Assembly (NCBI GenBank): GCA_032718475.1
Contig: JAUCBJ010007128.1
Span: 1 to 64,000 of the forward strand
DNA length: 64,000 bases
Direction: 5' to 3'
Origin: Nemertoderma westbladi
Lineage: Eukaryota > Animalia > Xenacoelomorpha
A model generated the notes under the pieces. The model was given only the letters and a program-made list of their open reading frames with translations. It ran no database searches and had not been told where the DNA came from. A program made the translations under genes and the position numbers. Position 1 is the stretch's first letter. Each line of letters starts with the position of its first letter. Positions 62,472 through 64,000 of this stretch are shown here, piece after piece.

Positions 62472-64000
62472 ATGTCTGACGCAAAGCAGAACCTGTCAGA
62501 CAGTCTACTAGATACAACCGAGAGCGAAGTGACAGCAGAGAAACCGCATAAGAGGGATGCCATTGATATCTATCTGTCAGACTATCAGCGTTTTGTGGGA
62601 GATAAAGAGTTGAGGAGAAGGCTAGAGGGACTTAGCCCTAATAGCGAAGGAGCCAAACTTGTGTTAGATGCGATTGATGTGGATAGGTTAGCGGCGAACC
62701 AAGCTAAATTCGATGAACAACTCCGCATCGCTAGAGAAAGGGAAGAACAAGTAAGGAAAAAACGTATAGAAGACAGAAAGAAAGCAGCAGTAGTAGTTGC
62801 AGAAGCAGAAAGAAAGGCGGCAGCGGCCAAGGCAGCGGCAGAGGCAGCGGCAGAGACAAAAGTGGCAGAAGCAGAAAGGAAAGCGGCTGACGAAATCACC
62901 CAATTAGAATTGGAAAACATTCAGGAGAATCAAGACTGCATAAATAAACAGTTAGCAGCTAGTAATATGCAGATGATGAATCGATCTACTCCCAAAAGAC
63001 AGGGATATACATCATCGGAGGAAGGCGATACCACCGATACTGAAGGCAAAGGAAATAGATCTCGTCTAAGCAGACGTAAAAGAACATTCCACCGTCAGAA
63101 ATTGCCTGATTTGCCTCCAGCTGTTAGAAGGCAACTAAATAACACCAACTTAGGTAGTACAGAGCCCACAGACCAAATAATTAAAATAGAAAGACTCCCT
63201 ACTATAGTAGATGAGCCTGAAATAAGTAGGCCTGTTCTTGAAATCACCCCTTCGGTGATAGACATACCTGTGCTCCATGAGACTACCTATAAATTCCCTC
63301 TACATAGCACTAAGCTACCTGTGCCCCGTAGAACTGCCCGAGAGACAGTTCAGGTCCTGGACCCCGAGCGAAATATTCCGAATTTGTCGCCCGTTGTCCC
63401 TTGTCTGCCCGCTACGACGTTGGCGGATCCCGTTTCGGCGGTTGATTGGGTAGACGAGAGACGGCGGGGGATAGATATTCTCCTCGGAGAGATGAAGGAG
63501 AATCGGATACGCTCCTCCCAACAGGTCCGAGAGTTGGAAGGGACTGTCCAACATTTAAAGGGAACAGTGAGGGAAAGCAAGTTAGAGTTGCAAGAAGTGC
63601 AGCAAAATATCGCGCTAGAGCGCGATAAATTAGTAAATTTACAAAAGGGTATACCACCACCCCCTGTAACAATGTGTCAACCCGTTAGGTCTGAAGTATC
63701 TCATGCGCAAGGTGTGGAGCCTACACGCATCTATACTGCTAGCGAAGTAGAAACTCCTATAGTGAACCCTATTAAGGGTAATTATAGACCTGTTGATAGT
63801 GATATTCCCTATAGACTGGATCATAATCCGAGAAATTTATATACCGATACCTCGATATTAAATAGCACGATGGCCCAAGAAAGTTTTACGCGTCAAATGG
63901 CTAGAACCGAAGCCCGGCAAGCGGTAAAGGTTGGAGAGATCGTCAAGTTCAATGGAGAGGAGATGAAATGGTTACCTTTTAATGAATATTACAAAGATAA
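62472..64000 (+). CDS. BEL/Pao gag(-pol), open to the window end (not in the ORF track)
   Basis: ATG at 62472; about 509 codons with no stop seen; coiled coil, then the DUF1759-like IVKFNGEEMKWLPF motif. Confidence 0.8.
   Translation, partial: MSDAKQNLSDSLLDTTESEVTAEKPHKRDAIDIYLSDYQRFVGDKELRRRLEGLSPNSEGAKLVLDAIDVDRLAANQAKFDEQLRIAREREEQVRKKRIEDRKKAAVVVAEAERKAAAAKAAAEAAAETKVAEAERKAADEITQLELENIQENQDCINKQLAASNMQMMNRSTPKRQGYTSSEEGDTTDTEGKGNRSRLSRRKRTFHRQKLPDLPPAVRRQLNNTNLGSTEPTDQIIKIERLPTIVDEPEISRPVLEITPSVIDIPVLHETTYKFPLHSTKLPVPRRTARETVQVLDPERNIPNLSPVVPCLPATTLADPVSAVDWVDERRRGIDILLGEMKENRIRSSQQVRELEGTVQHLKGTVRESKLELQEVQQNIALERDKLVNLQKGIPPPPVTMCQPVRSEVSHAQGVEPTRIYTASEVETPIVNPIKGNYRPVDSDIPYRLDHNPRNLYTDTSILNSTMAQESFTRQMARTEARQAVKVGEIVKFNGEEMKWLPFNEYYKD

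Larger units (their letters stand above)
59232..64000 (+). mobile_element. Second BEL/Pao element, 5' part (candidate LTR 59232-60221, long leader, gag)
   Basis: Gag ORF is clear. The LTR is tentative (TGTC...GACA, AATAAA near 60088, TGG at 60230) and its partner lies outside the window. Confidence 0.6.

Overview
AT-rich eukaryotic (animal-like) genomic window that is mostly nested transposable elements, with two host genes. The host genes are a spliced PP2C phosphatase of the PPM1E/PPM1F type (minus strand, ~1.7-3.9 kb) and an intronless rhodopsin-family GPCR broken by one in-frame stop (43.9-45.1 kb). LTR elements: a ~13.7 kb BEL/Pao element with ~2 kb terminal repeats and an abnormal 5' end; an apparently intact, very young Ty1/copia (identical-looking LTRs, TSD AAACC) inside a decayed THAP/P-element transposase; a GalEa-like copia relic carrying a Penelope insertion; gypsy relics; and the 5' part of a second BEL/Pao element whose gag ORF runs off the window. 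Other elements: an internally deleted pogo-like element, a hAT derivative, two fused LINEs, three RTE copies and a Crypton relic. I see no clearly new multi-gene system. The best leads are (1) the BEL terminal-repeat architecture, (2) strong enrichment of TA-flanked palindromes such as TACCGGTA that match the termini of the local pogo element, (3) the Penelope fold-back with a hammerhead-like motif, and (4) two RTE copies with the same 5' truncation point. All family calls come from motif recognition by eye, not from database searches.
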